DNA of 64,000 nt, taken from contig LAEA01000219.1 of NCBI GenBank assembly GCA_000961745.1, forward strand, positions 722 to 64,721, read 5' to 3'. Each line of letters starts with the position of its first letter. The first letter of the stretch is position 1. The notes beneath the pieces are model-generated. The model ran no database searches. It was not told the DNA's origin and saw only the letters and a list, made by a program, of their open reading frames with translations. Positions 56,133-64,000 of the stretch are shown here, piece by piece. The position numbers and the translations under genes were made by a program. This stretch comes from Rhodospirillaceae bacterium BRH_c57 (GTDB lineage: Bacteria > Pseudomonadota > Alphaproteobacteria > Rhodospirillales > Rhodospirillaceae).

Positions 56133-58772
56133 ATGCGAGGCACCGTCGTTGCGATTCTGCTCGCCACCGTGGTCGCCGCCGCGGCCCACCTGACCGTCTG
56201 GCAGATCGCCGGCGTGACGGTGACGCCGCCGGATGTGGACGGCGCGATACACTCGCTGTCGTTCAGCCCATTTGGCCCCGACGAGGATGCCGAGCGAACC
56301 GCTTCGGTTTCGGCCGAGCGGCTGGACGCCGACCTGACCCTTCTGGCAGGCGTGACATCAACGGTCCGTATCTACTCGACCAGCCAGGGCCTCGATCAGG
56401 TTCCCGCCATCGCCCGGCGTCACGGCCTGAACGTGACTGTCGGCGCCTGGGTGGACAAGGACCTGGAACGCACGACGAAGGAAATTGAAACCGCCGTTAC
56501 CCTGGCGCGCGAAAACTTCAACGTCCGCTCCGTCTACGTCGGCAACGAGGCCGTGATGCGCAAAGACATCACGCCGGATGACCTCATCACCCTGATCCGT
56601 CAGGTCAAGCGCCGCGTGTCGGTCCCGGTGACCACCGGCGAGGTCTGGCACGTCTGGGTGGACCACCCCGAACTGGTGCGCGAGGTGGATTACATCGCCG
56701 CCCACATTCTGCCCTACTGGGAAGAGGTGTCGCCGGACGAGGTCATCAAGGCGGCGTTCGAGCGCTACGACCTGCTGCGCCGCACCTACCCCGGCAAGAA
56801 GGTGGTGATCGCCGAATTCGGCTGGCCCAGCCAGGGATACAACAACGGCCCGGCCGTTCCGGGCGCCGCCCGACAGGCCGACATCCTGCGGGAATTCCTG
56901 CGCGAGGCCCGGCATCGCGGCGTCGAATACAACATCATCGAGGCGTTCGACCAGCCGTGGAAGACCAACGAAGGGTCGGTCGGCGCCTACTGGGGCCTGT
57001 TCGACGCCGACCGCAAGGCCAAGTTCGAGCTTGAAGGCCCGGTCGAGGTCCATTACCGCCCGGTCGCCGCCGGCGCCCTGGTGCTGGGTGCCCTGCTGAC
57101 CTGGATCGGCCTGCGCCGCCGCAAGCCGACCATTGCCCACGCCATCCTGTACGGTCTTGCCGCCAACGGGTTTGCGGCCGGTATCGCACTGGCCGCCGCC
57201 TATCCGTTCACCGCCTACATCAACTTTGGCACCGCCCTGATGTGGGGCTCCGGCCTCATCATGGTCGTGCCGCTGGCCATCATGACCCTGGTCAAGGTCA
57301 ACGAGATCGGCGAGGTCCTGCTGGGCCGCCGCCCGCAGCGCCTGATCCGCGTCGGCGGCGACGCTCCGGTGCGCCCGGCCGACCGGCCGTGGCCGTTGGT
57401 GTCGGTGCATATCCCGGCATACAAAGAACCGCCGGCGATGCTGAACCACACCCTCGACACGGTGGCCGACCTGGACTACCCGTGCTTCGAGGCGCTGGTC
57501 ATCATCAACAACACGCCCGAGGAAGAATACTGGAAGCCGGTGGCCGCCCACATTGAGGCGCTGAACGCCCGCCTGGGCAAGACCGTGTTCAAGTTCGTGT
57601 TCATCCCCAAGGTGGCCGGCTTCAAGGCCGGCGCCATGAACGAGGCGCTGGCCCACATGGACCCGGCGGCCGAGGTCATCGCCCTGATCGACGCCGATTA
57701 TGCCGTAGACCGCGCCTGGCTGCGCGACCTGATCCCGGCCTTCGACGATGCCACGGTGGCGCTGGTCCAGGCCCCGCAGGATCACCGCGACGGCGCCGAC
57801 ACCCCGCTCAAGACCATGATGAACTGGGAATATGCCGGGTTCTTTGACATCGGCATGGTCCAGCGCAACGAAGACAACGCCATCGTCGCCCACGGCACCA
57901 TGCTGATGCTGCGCCGCTCGGCGTTCGAGGCCGTCGGCGGGTGGTCCAGCGACACCATTGTCGAGGACACCGAACTTGGCCTGCGCCTGTTCGAAGCCGG
58001 CTGGCAGGCCCGCTACACCAACCGCCGCTATGGCTGGGGCCTGCTGCCCGACACCTTCAAGGCGTTCAAGACGCAGCGCCACCGCTGGGCCTATGGCGCC
58101 ATCCAGATCATCAAGAAGCACGCCCGCCACATGCTGCCGTCGGCCAAGGGCCTGACGCCGCGCCAGAAGGAACAGTTCGTGGCCGGCTGGACGTTCTGGC
58201 TGTCCGACGCCCTGGGTGTGGCCGTGGCGGTCATGAACCTCATCTGGGTGCCGGTCATCGTGCTGTTCGGCATGACCCTGCCGATGATGGCGCTGACCAT
58301 TCCCATCCTGACCGCCTTCGTGGTCAACGTCCTGCACTGCGTCCTGCTGTATCGCAAGCGCGTCGGCGCGGCCCTGCCCCAGATCCTGGGCGCGGCGCTG
58401 GCCGCCATGAGCCTTCAGTTGACGGTTGGCCAGGCGGTTCTGGCCGGTCTGGTCAAGGACTCCCTGCCCTTTGCGCGGACCGAAAAGGGCGGCAATGCCA
58501 CCAAGCGCAAGAAGGGCGAGCAGAGCCCGGTTCTGTGGGAAACCGTCCTCGGCCTGCTGCTGCTGAGCGCGGCGGCGACCCTGGCCGCCACCAACGACGC
58601 CCGCATCACCGAGCAGGACCTGTTTGCCGCCACCGTGGCGGTGCAGGCCATCCCGTTCCTGTCCGCCATCGTGATGCGCGGCATCGAGAAGAAGCAGGGG
58701 TCCTCCCCGCTGCTTGGTCGTCTCGGTCGGCTGCTGTCGCGTCCCGCGCCGATCGCCCCCGACGTTCTCTGA
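56133..58772 (+). CDS. ndvB: GH17-GT2 cyclic beta-glucan synthase (NdvB-like)
   Basis: GH17 motifs VGNE, AHILPYWE, AEFGWPS, EAFDQPWK; GT2 motifs HIPAYKEPP, KAGAMN, IDADY, QAPQD, IVEDTELG, QRHRW. Confidence 0.85.
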   Translation: MRGTVVAILLATVVAAAAHLTVWQIAGVTVTPPDVDGAIHSLSFSPFGPDEDAERTASVSAERLDADLTLLAGVTSTVRIYSTSQGLDQVPAIARRHGLNVTVGAWVDKDLERTTKEIETAVTLARENFNVRSVYVGNEAVMRKDITPDDLITLIRQVKRRVSVPVTTGEVWHVWVDHPELVREVDYIAAHILPYWEEVSPDEVIKAAFERYDLLRRTYPGKKVVIAEFGWPSQGYNNGPAVPGAARQADILREFLREARHRGVEYNIIEAFDQPWKTNEGSVGAYWGLFDADRKAKFELEGPVEVHYRPVAAGALVLGALLTWIGLRRRKPTIAHAILYGLAANGFAAGIALAAAYPFTAYINFGTALMWGSGLIMVVPLAIMTLVKVNEIGEVLLGRRPQRLIRVGGDAPVRPADRPWPLVSVHIPAYKEPPAMLNHTLDTVADLDYPCFEALVIINNTPEEEYWKPVAAHIEALNARLGKTVFKFVFIPKVAGFKAGAMNEALAHMDPAAEVIALIDADYAVDRAWLRDLIPAFDDATVALVQAPQDHRDGADTPLKTMMNWEYAGFFDIGMVQRNEDNAIVAHGTMLMLRRSAFEAVGGWSSDTIVEDTELGLRLFEAGWQARYTNRRYGWGLLPDTFKAFKTQRHRWAYGAIQIIKKHARHMLPSAKGLTPRQKEQFVAGWTFWLSDALGVAVAVMNLIWVPVIVLFGMTLPMMALTIPILTAFVVNVLHCVLLYRKRVGAALPQILGAALAAMSLQLTVGQAVLAGLVKDSLPFARTEKGGNATKRKKGEQSPVLWETVLGLLLLSAAATLAATNDARITEQDLFAATVAVQAIPFLSAIVMRGIEKKQGSSPLLGRLGRLLSRPAPIAPDVL

Positions 58773-58785
58773 GCGAGGTCCAGAC

Positions 58786-59166
58786 GTGTCCGTGCGCGCA
58801 CTTCTCCCCGTCGTCGCCGTGGGGCTGAGCTTGGCGCTTGCCTGGCCGGCCGCCGCTGCGATTGACTGCCAGACCACCGTGGACAGCGCCGAGTTGCTTG
58901 TCTGCGCGCGGATTGACCTGGAGGCCGCCGAAAAGTCCGTCGCGGCCCTTGAACGCAAAACCTTGGCCATCCTGCGGCCCAACGGGCGCGGCGTGTTCAC
59001 CGACGCCCAGACCACCTGGAAGGCATGGCGCGACGCCGACTGCGCCTGGAACGCCTACGACCTCGACAGCGGCACCAGCGACGCCCTCATCCTCGCCACC
59101 TGCCGGGCCGACATGACGATGACCCGCGCCGACGACCTGCAAAGTGCGCTGGAAACAATCCACTAG
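58786..59166 (+). CDS. Lysozyme inhibitor LprI (DUF1311) family protein
   Basis: Signal peptide; DC..C..AQTTWKAWRDADC..C pattern. Confidence 0.82.
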   Translation: MSVRALLPVVAVGLSLALAWPAAAAIDCQTTVDSAELLVCARIDLEAAEKSVAALERKTLAILRPNGRGVFTDAQTTWKAWRDADCAWNAYDLDSGTSDALILATCRADMTMTRADDLQSALETIH

Positions 59167-59188
59167 TAGAACATATCGCGCCGGTAGC

Positions 59189-59305
59189 CCGCTGTTGCGG
59201 ATGGCTGCCGCCAACCTGGCGGGACCTCCAGACATCCTTGTTTTCTTTGAAGAAAAACAAGGGGTTCGGGGATTTATCCCCGAGCAGGTTTGGGCGGCAG
59301 CCCAA
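59189..59305 (+). repeat. Class-II palindromic element, copy 5 (left arm degenerate)
   Basis: CTCCAGACATCCTTGTTTTC..GAAAAACAAGGGGTTCGGGGAT..ATCCCCGAGC..TGGGCGGCAGCCCA. Confidence 0.88.
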
Positions 59306-59335
59306 AATGCACAATCCACGTGACCGGCAGACCGC

Positions 59336-60391
59336 CTACAGCCGAACCGGCCGCACCGCATCGGCATCCCACCGCCAGCCGGAGCACCCGGCCACCAGGG
59401 GCACCCCCCCGACCCAACGGTCGCGCGGTCCGCAGGCCATCCAGTCCATGCGTCCGGCAAGCAGAGCGCGGCCGGTGGTGGTCAAAGTGATGCGACGCTC
59501 GAACGGCCCACCAGCAGGCGGGCTGTCGGGAGCAATGCCGACGGCCGGATCACGCGCCTCCAAAAGGCGCCGCACGATGGGCAGAACCATCAGGTCGCCC
59601 AGGTACGGCATGGGCTCGGCGGCCTCATAGCGCCGGAACACCTCCTCGACCGAGGCCGGACCTTGTTCCAGGGCCTGCAACAGCAGGCGCTCGGTCATGC
59701 CCAGGCCGTCGCGGCGCCACGGCAGTTCCGCCAGATGCCGGACCAAGGCCTGGGCCATCAGCGGCAGGGCGGGTGTCCCGCCGCAGGCCAGGACGTGCAG
59801 GGGCATCGGTGTCGCTGCCCGCAAAGCCTGCCAGACCCGCAAGCCCAGCGACACCTGCCCCGGCGCCACCGGCCGCCGCCGCGCCCACAGCGTACGGAGA
59901 TCGGTGGCTGTAAGCTGGCCGAGCCCACGAAACGGAACGACGCCGGGAAAGCGGTCAATGCAGATCAGTTCAAGGGTCGGGCGCGCGTTGGCGAAGCGGG
60001 CCAGCACGCGGGCCAGCAGAAGTTGGTCGTAAGTGTCGTGCTCGAACCACAGGACCACGCGGTCACCACTGCTCACGGCAGTGTCCAAGGCGGCCTCCTC
60101 AGCCTCCAGGCGGCGCAGCGCGCGGTCGGTTGCAATGCCATAATCTTCGGCCAGAAACGCCGCGCGGACGCCCAGCAAATCGGCGCCCTCGGGCACCGGC
60201 CCCTGGCACACCGGGTCGGCATATTCGACGAAGCCCCCGACGAACCCGCCATCGCGCAGGGCTTGGCGGATATCGCTGCCGCAGCGCAGGTGAATGGTTG
60301 GCCGGTCGGCGTCGAGCGCGTCGGTCCGCTCCTCACACTGCGGCTGCCCAACACCGGCGAGCGGCGGCGCGGCGATGAGCGGGTTGGCCAT
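59336..60391 (-). CDS. DUF1835 domain-containing protein
   Basis: HLRCGSDI, DPVCQGPVP, VVLWFEHDTYDQL, RHLAELP..DGLGMTER and PYLGD motifs. Confidence 0.8.
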   Translation of the reverse strand: MANPLIAAPPLAGVGQPQCEERTDALDADRPTIHLRCGSDIRQALRDGGFVGGFVEYADPVCQGPVPEGADLLGVRAAFLAEDYGIATDRALRRLEAEEAALDTAVSSGDRVVLWFEHDTYDQLLLARVLARFANARPTLELICIDRFPGVVPFRGLGQLTATDLRTLWARRRPVAPGQVSLGLRVWQALRAATPMPLHVLACGGTPALPLMAQALVRHLAELPWRRDGLGMTERLLLQALEQGPASVEEVFRRYEAAEPMPYLGDLMVLPIVRRLLEARDPAVGIAPDSPPAGGPFERRITLTTTGRALLAGRMDWMACGPRDRWVGGVPLVAGCSGWRWDADAVRPVRL

Positions 60392-60454
60392 GGGGCTCTC
60401 CGTTGCAAATGGGGCTGCCGCTGAATGTCACGACAGACCACCATCATGAAAATC

Positions 60455-60478
60455 AAAAAAGGCGGCCACATGGCCGCC
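60455..60478 (-). terminator. Terminator after the CHAP gene
   Basis: GGCGGCCA-TG-TGGCCGCC-TTTTTT on the minus strand. Confidence 0.75.
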
Positions 60479-60514
60479 GGATGGAAAACGAAAGAATTTT
60501 CGACTCGCAGATGG

Positions 60515-61093
60515 TCAGGGAGACGGCATCCCGAGGTGCGCCGGCTTGGGCACCGAAACCGGGATGACCCGCGCACCGGCAGAGATCCGACGCACGGCAG
60601 GAGCACTGGTCGTCTTGGAATAGATAAACCCGTGGGTGGGATACCGCGTTGTACCGAAATTGCCAACCGGGGTGTACCACACCCGCACCGCGCTCCAATC
60701 ATTGTTGGGCGACACGTCGCGGATGCCGACCGCCTGATCGACCCTGCCCTTGCGGCGGCCACGGTCCCAGTTGGCATGATCGACCAAAATGTAACGGCTG
60801 TTCAATACCTTGCGCACCACGGCGACATGGCCCTGGCGCAGCTTGGATGTCTGTTTGAACACCAGGACGGCGCCCTCGCGCGGAGCCTGCCCACGGGCAT
60901 AGACTCCGGCGGCGGCGGTCCACCAGCGCCACGCGTCGCCGGACAGTCGAATGTCGGAGACTTGGCGGGCATAGGGAACGCAGCTCCAGAACCCGCCGGT
61001 CCCGACGGCCTTGGCGTCCGGCGCCCCGGTCATGGCAATCGCCACGACGGCCAGCGCCAAAAACAGTCCTCGGACCCGTCGAATCAGCGGCAT
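60515..61093 (-). CDS. CHAP domain-containing secreted protein
   Basis: Signal peptide; SCVPYAR, GDAWRWW, GHVAVV and DHANW motifs. Confidence 0.88.
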   Translation of the reverse strand: MPLIRRVRGLFLALAVVAIAMTGAPDAKAVGTGGFWSCVPYARQVSDIRLSGDAWRWWTAAAGVYARGQAPREGAVLVFKQTSKLRQGHVAVVRKVLNSRYILVDHANWDRGRRKGRVDQAVGIRDVSPNNDWSAVRVWYTPVGNFGTTRYPTHGFIYSKTTSAPAVRRISAGARVIPVSVPKPAHLGMPSP

Positions 61094-61107
61094 CGGTACC
61101 CTTTCCG

Positions 61108-61680
61108 TTATTCCATCGGCGCCCATTTCGGAGCGGGAGATGGCGCCGCGTTACTGGCGGTCATGTCATCATCCGGCCTAAAGGTATCCACGACACCGCA
61201 GACGCCGTCAAGTGCCCCTGTCACGAGATCAAGCGCAAGAAAACGCTCACTATCGACAGGCCCAGGCAAACGCAGGTTTTCGGCCAGGACGCGGCGGAAC
61301 CCGAAACGCCCGTAATAGGGCTCGTCACCGACCAGAAGAACGATTCGGTGGCCCAGCACCCGCGCCCGAGCCAGGCCCTCCTGCATCAAAAGCGTGCCAA
61401 CACCCGTCTTGCGGAGCCCACCGTGCACCGCGATCGGGCCGAGCAGCAAGGCCGGCAGGCGCGCTTCCGCGCCATCAACCACGATGCTCACCGGCCAGAA
61501 TCGCAGGCTGCCGCGCAAGAAACCGTCGTCCTCCTCGGCCACCAGGCAAAGCTCGCTCAGGGCCGCCACACCCTCGCGCAGGCGGTAGACGGTCTTCTTG
61601 TGCCGGTCGGGACCAAAAGACTCTTCGAGCAGGTCTTCAATCAACGCCGCGTGATGCGGCTGTTCGGGAACAATGTGCAT
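61108..61680 (-). CDS. GNAT N-acetyltransferase (YhbS-like)
   Basis: FGPDRHKKTVYRLREG, LLGPIAV..GVGTLLM and LVGDEPYYGRFGF motifs. Confidence 0.88.
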   Translation of the reverse strand: MHIVPEQPHHAALIEDLLEESFGPDRHKKTVYRLREGVAALSELCLVAEEDDGFLRGSLRFWPVSIVVDGAEARLPALLLGPIAVHGGLRKTGVGTLLMQEGLARARVLGHRIVLLVGDEPYYGRFGFRRVLAENLRLPGPVDSERFLALDLVTGALDGVCGVVDTFRPDDDMTASNAAPSPAPKWAPME

Positions 61681-62218
61681 GGTCTCTCTCGGGAACGGCG
61701 CTCAGGCGGGCACGGCAACGGATCTTGATATCTTCCCACACGGCGTCCGGAGGGCCATCGGGATCGGTTTGTCCGTACAGCGCCATCAGATCGCGGGCCA
61801 GCAGAACGGCCAGGGGCTTTTCGGTGCGCCGCCAATGGTCCAGGTCCCACGGCGTGCCGCTGTCCCGAAGCCGCTCGGTGGCGAGGAAGACGTCCGCCGG
61901 ACGCTGTCGTCGTCGCTCCCCGGAAGCGACATGAAGGCGGCGCAGCGCATAGCCCGGCCCCTCGTAAAACCGCAACCGCGCCCAGGCCTCGCCGTCCAGG
62001 CCGTGCAGCAGGGCGCCTGCGACCTCGGCTTCCGGAGCGGGATGCTCGACCAGCATGGGGAACGGTTCGCCGTGCACCCGGCGGCGGTGGAAGCCGCACA
62101 GGCTGGCCGGCTCGCGGTGCAACCGCTCCGACGCGCCCGGCCCGAGCACGATGGAGAGAATGTCATCGTCCAGCAGGCTGCCGAACACGAACAACGGAGA
62201 GGACGGGAGGGTGCCCAT
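61637..62218 (-). CDS. Gamma-glutamylcyclotransferase (AIG2-like) family protein
   Basis: LFVFGSLLD and RLRFYEG..Y motifs. Confidence 0.78.
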   Translation of the reverse strand: MGTLPSSPLFVFGSLLDDDILSIVLGPGASERLHREPASLCGFHRRRVHGEPFPMLVEHPAPEAEVAGALLHGLDGEAWARLRFYEGPGYALRRLHVASGERRRQRPADVFLATERLRDSGTPWDLDHWRRTEKPLAVLLARDLMALYGQTDPDGPPDAVWEDIKIRCRARLSAVPERDHAHCSRTAASRGVD

Positions 62219-62433
62219 GGCTCATCCCCCAGGCAAGGAACGGAGCAGCCGCCACGGCGGCCGGTTTCACGAGCGTTCTGCTCGTGGACTGCTATAGTCC
62301 TTGTCGTCGGTCCGCCAGCAGGCGGTTCACACGGCTTATCATGTGCCCCCCCTCCCCTATTGATGGCGGCATCGATGGCGTTCCAGGCTATGATGCATAG
62401 GGAATACCGCACGCCCGCGCAAGCCAAAAGCAG

Positions 62434-62459
62434 TGAACACAACCAGTCTCCTGGCCGTT
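62434..62459 (+). promoter_or_regulatory. Putative sigmaEcfG (general stress) promoter
   Basis: TGAAC-N17-CGTT upstream of the Pmp3 gene. Confidence 0.55.
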
Positions 62460-62490
62460 TGTGACAGGAACAACCACGGAGGTAGACCCA

Positions 62491-62709
62491 ATGGCCTTGC
62501 CGCATGAGCGCAGCCACACCACGCCCACCGGCCGCACCGACAGCACCGGCGGGGATGTCCTGCGGATCATTCTCGCGATCCTTCTGCCGCCCCTAGGCGT
62601 GTTCTTCCAGGTCGGGTTCGGAATGCACTTCTGGATCAACATTGTGCTGACCCTCCTGGGTTACATCCCCGGCATCATCCACGCCATTTGGGTGATCGCC
62701 CGACGGTGA
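62491..62709 (+). CDS. YqaE/Pmp3 family small membrane protein
   Basis: IILAILLPPLGVF..FWINIVLTLLGYIPGIIHAIWVI; GGAGG RBS. Confidence 0.92.
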   Translation: MALPHERSHTTPTGRTDSTGGDVLRIILAILLPPLGVFFQVGFGMHFWINIVLTLLGYIPGIIHAIWVIARR

Positions 62710-62724
62710 CGCTCTTCTGATCCG

Positions 62725-62750
62725 CGAACCAACCCCAACTCATGTTCGTT
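62725..62750 (+). promoter_or_regulatory. Second putative sigmaEcfG promoter
   Basis: CGAAC-N17-CGTT upstream of 62791. Confidence 0.55.
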
Positions 62751-62790
62751 TGCGTCTGGAACCCTTCGCGGAACGGCAGGAGGACCTCCC

Positions 62791-63057
62791 ATGCGCACGG
62801 GAACCTGGGCCACGGTCATCGCCATCGTCATCATCATAGCCCTCGGTTGGTGGGCCATCGACTGGACCGGCGAGGATGCGGTGCCGGTGACCGATACGCC
62901 CACCACCATGAGCCCCACCACCGCCGAGCGCCTGCCAGAGCAACAGCCGGGCGAGCAGCAGACTCCGCAGAAGGGCCAGCAGCAGGGCGAGGTGGCACCG
63001 CCCGAACAGACGGTTGGTGAACCGGCACCGCATCCCGAACCCCGGCCGATAGATTAG
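62791..63057 (+). CDS. Hypothetical small protein (N-terminal TM, Pro/Gln/Glu-rich tail)
   Basis: AGGAGG RBS; hydrophobic N-terminus followed by low-complexity tail. Confidence 0.7.
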   Translation: MRTGTWATVIAIVIIIALGWWAIDWTGEDAVPVTDTPTTMSPTTAERLPEQQPGEQQTPQKGQQQGEVAPPEQTVGEPAPHPEPRPID

Positions 63058-63141
63058 CATTCTATCATCTTCCCCCTTCTGCGACGCCGCCTGACAAGGC
63101 ACAATGGCGGCAACAACCATAAGACTTGGGGGAACGCATCC

Positions 63142-63819
63142 ATGATTCTGCACCTGCCCGGCCTGTTCGACGCCCGCGCCCTGGCGTTCGTGGACGAGGT
63201 CCTGAGCCGCGCCGTGTTCAACGACGGCGCCAAGACCGCCGGTCCGGCCGCCAAGCATCTCAAACGGAACCAGGAACTCGACCGCAACCGCACCCCCGGC
63301 GCGGCGGAGATCGAAAAGCTGGTGGTCGGCGCCCTGTCGGCCAACCGCGACTTCCAGGACTTCGCCCTGCCACAGGGTTTCTCCCGGCCCATCGTCAGCC
63401 GCTACGAACCGGGCATGGAATACGGCCGCCACGTCGACAACCCCATTCTGGCCAGCGGCGGGCGGTCCATGCGGACGGACGTGTCGGTGACCATCTTCCT
63501 GAGCGACCCGGCCGACTACGATGGCGGCGCCCTCATCCACATGGTCGATGGCGTGGAACGCGAGTTCAAGCCGGCCCGTGGCGACGCCGTGGCCTACACG
63601 ACCGGCACCCCCCACCGGGTCAGCGAGGTGACGCGCGGCGCCCGCGTGGCGGCCATCCTGTGGGCCCAGAGCATCGTTGCCGACCCCCACCGGCGGGGCA
63701 TCCTGACCGGCTTCCATAAGGTCCACCATACGCTGTCCGAACAGCGGCCGGACGCCCCGGAAACGGAAATGTTCCTGGAGAGCTATTACAACCTGGTCCG
63801 GCTTTGGGCGCAGATGTAA
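63142..63819 (+). CDS. PKHD-type Fe(II)/2-oxoglutarate dioxygenase (YbiX/PiuC family)
   Basis: DGAKTAG..KRNQEL, YGRHVDN, RTDVSVTIFLSDPADYDGG and HRVSEVTRGAR motifs. Confidence 0.92.
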   Translation: MILHLPGLFDARALAFVDEVLSRAVFNDGAKTAGPAAKHLKRNQELDRNRTPGAAEIEKLVVGALSANRDFQDFALPQGFSRPIVSRYEPGMEYGRHVDNPILASGGRSMRTDVSVTIFLSDPADYDGGALIHMVDGVEREFKPARGDAVAYTTGTPHRVSEVTRGARVAAILWAQSIVADPHRRGILTGFHKVHHTLSEQRPDAPETEMFLESYYNLVRLWAQM

Positions 63820-63864
63820 TCTGCGATCAAGAGACTGGCCTGTCTTTGGGCGCAGATGTAATCT
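63802..63864 (+). repeat. 21-bp direct repeat CTTTGGGCGCAGATGTAATCT x2 with 21-bp spacer
   Basis: 63802-63822 (includes the dioxygenase stop) and 63844-63864. Confidence 0.93.
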
Positions 63865-63871
63865 CTTTCGC

Positions 63872-64000
63872 ATGATGACAACCAAGTGGCCCTCGCTGGC
63901 CGTCCTGGCCGTGGCGGAGGTTCTGGCGCTGGCCCTATGGTTTTCGGCGACGGCCGTGGTGCCGGCGTTGCAGGCCGAGCACACCCTGAGCGCCTTCCAG
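63872..64000 (+). CDS. MFS transporter, N-terminal fragment (runs off the window)
   Basis: Manual translation MMTTKWPSLAVLAVAEVLALALWFSATAVVPALQAEHTLSAFQ; the WFSATAV first-helix pattern is typical of an MFS family. Confidence 0.7.
   Translation, partial: MMTTKWPSLAVLAVAEVLALALWFSATAVVPALQAEHTLSAFQ

Noticed and set aside
56358-59015. 885-aa minus-strand ORF (also 18126-20447, 40538-42676, 50718-53108)
   Set aside because: Antisense shadows of well-supported genes.
63802-63864. Repeat-spacer-repeat as a mini CRISPR array
   Set aside because: Only two 21-bp repeats, the first inside a coding sequence, a short spacer, no leader and no cas genes.

Overview
GC-rich alphaproteobacterial chromosome segment, most consistent with a Rhodospirillaceae-like diazotroph (inferred from gene content and synteny such as dgt-erpA-xth and pcm-tolC-popZ-valS). 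It holds housekeeping genes, tRNA-Cys and tRNA-Asn, and an MmgR/suhB-type sRNA. It also carries znuA/znuB, a homogentisate catabolic operon, a nif accessory cluster (iscA-nif, nifUSVW, fixABCX) with clear sigma54 promoters and NifA sites, a fused indolepyruvate oxidoreductase, cyclic beta-glucan genes and three hemerythrin-domain proteins. Most notable observations: (1) nine intergenic copies of two REPIN/MITE-like repeat classes sharing one covarying two-hairpin terminal module; (2) a hemerythrin-receiver fusion tightly coupled to an uncharacterised heme-oxygenase-like diiron enzyme downstream of ilvD; (3) an AT-richer CheB-CheR-HWE kinase island whose RBS-linked ATG is put out of frame by a C9 tract (possible phase variation or sequencing error); (4) an identical 15-bp PhaR/AniA-type site before mmgR and the protein acetyltransferase gene; (5) three short duplications at gene 3' ends. 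All calls come from reading the sequence and recalled family motifs. No database searches were run, and many start codons were adjusted by eye.
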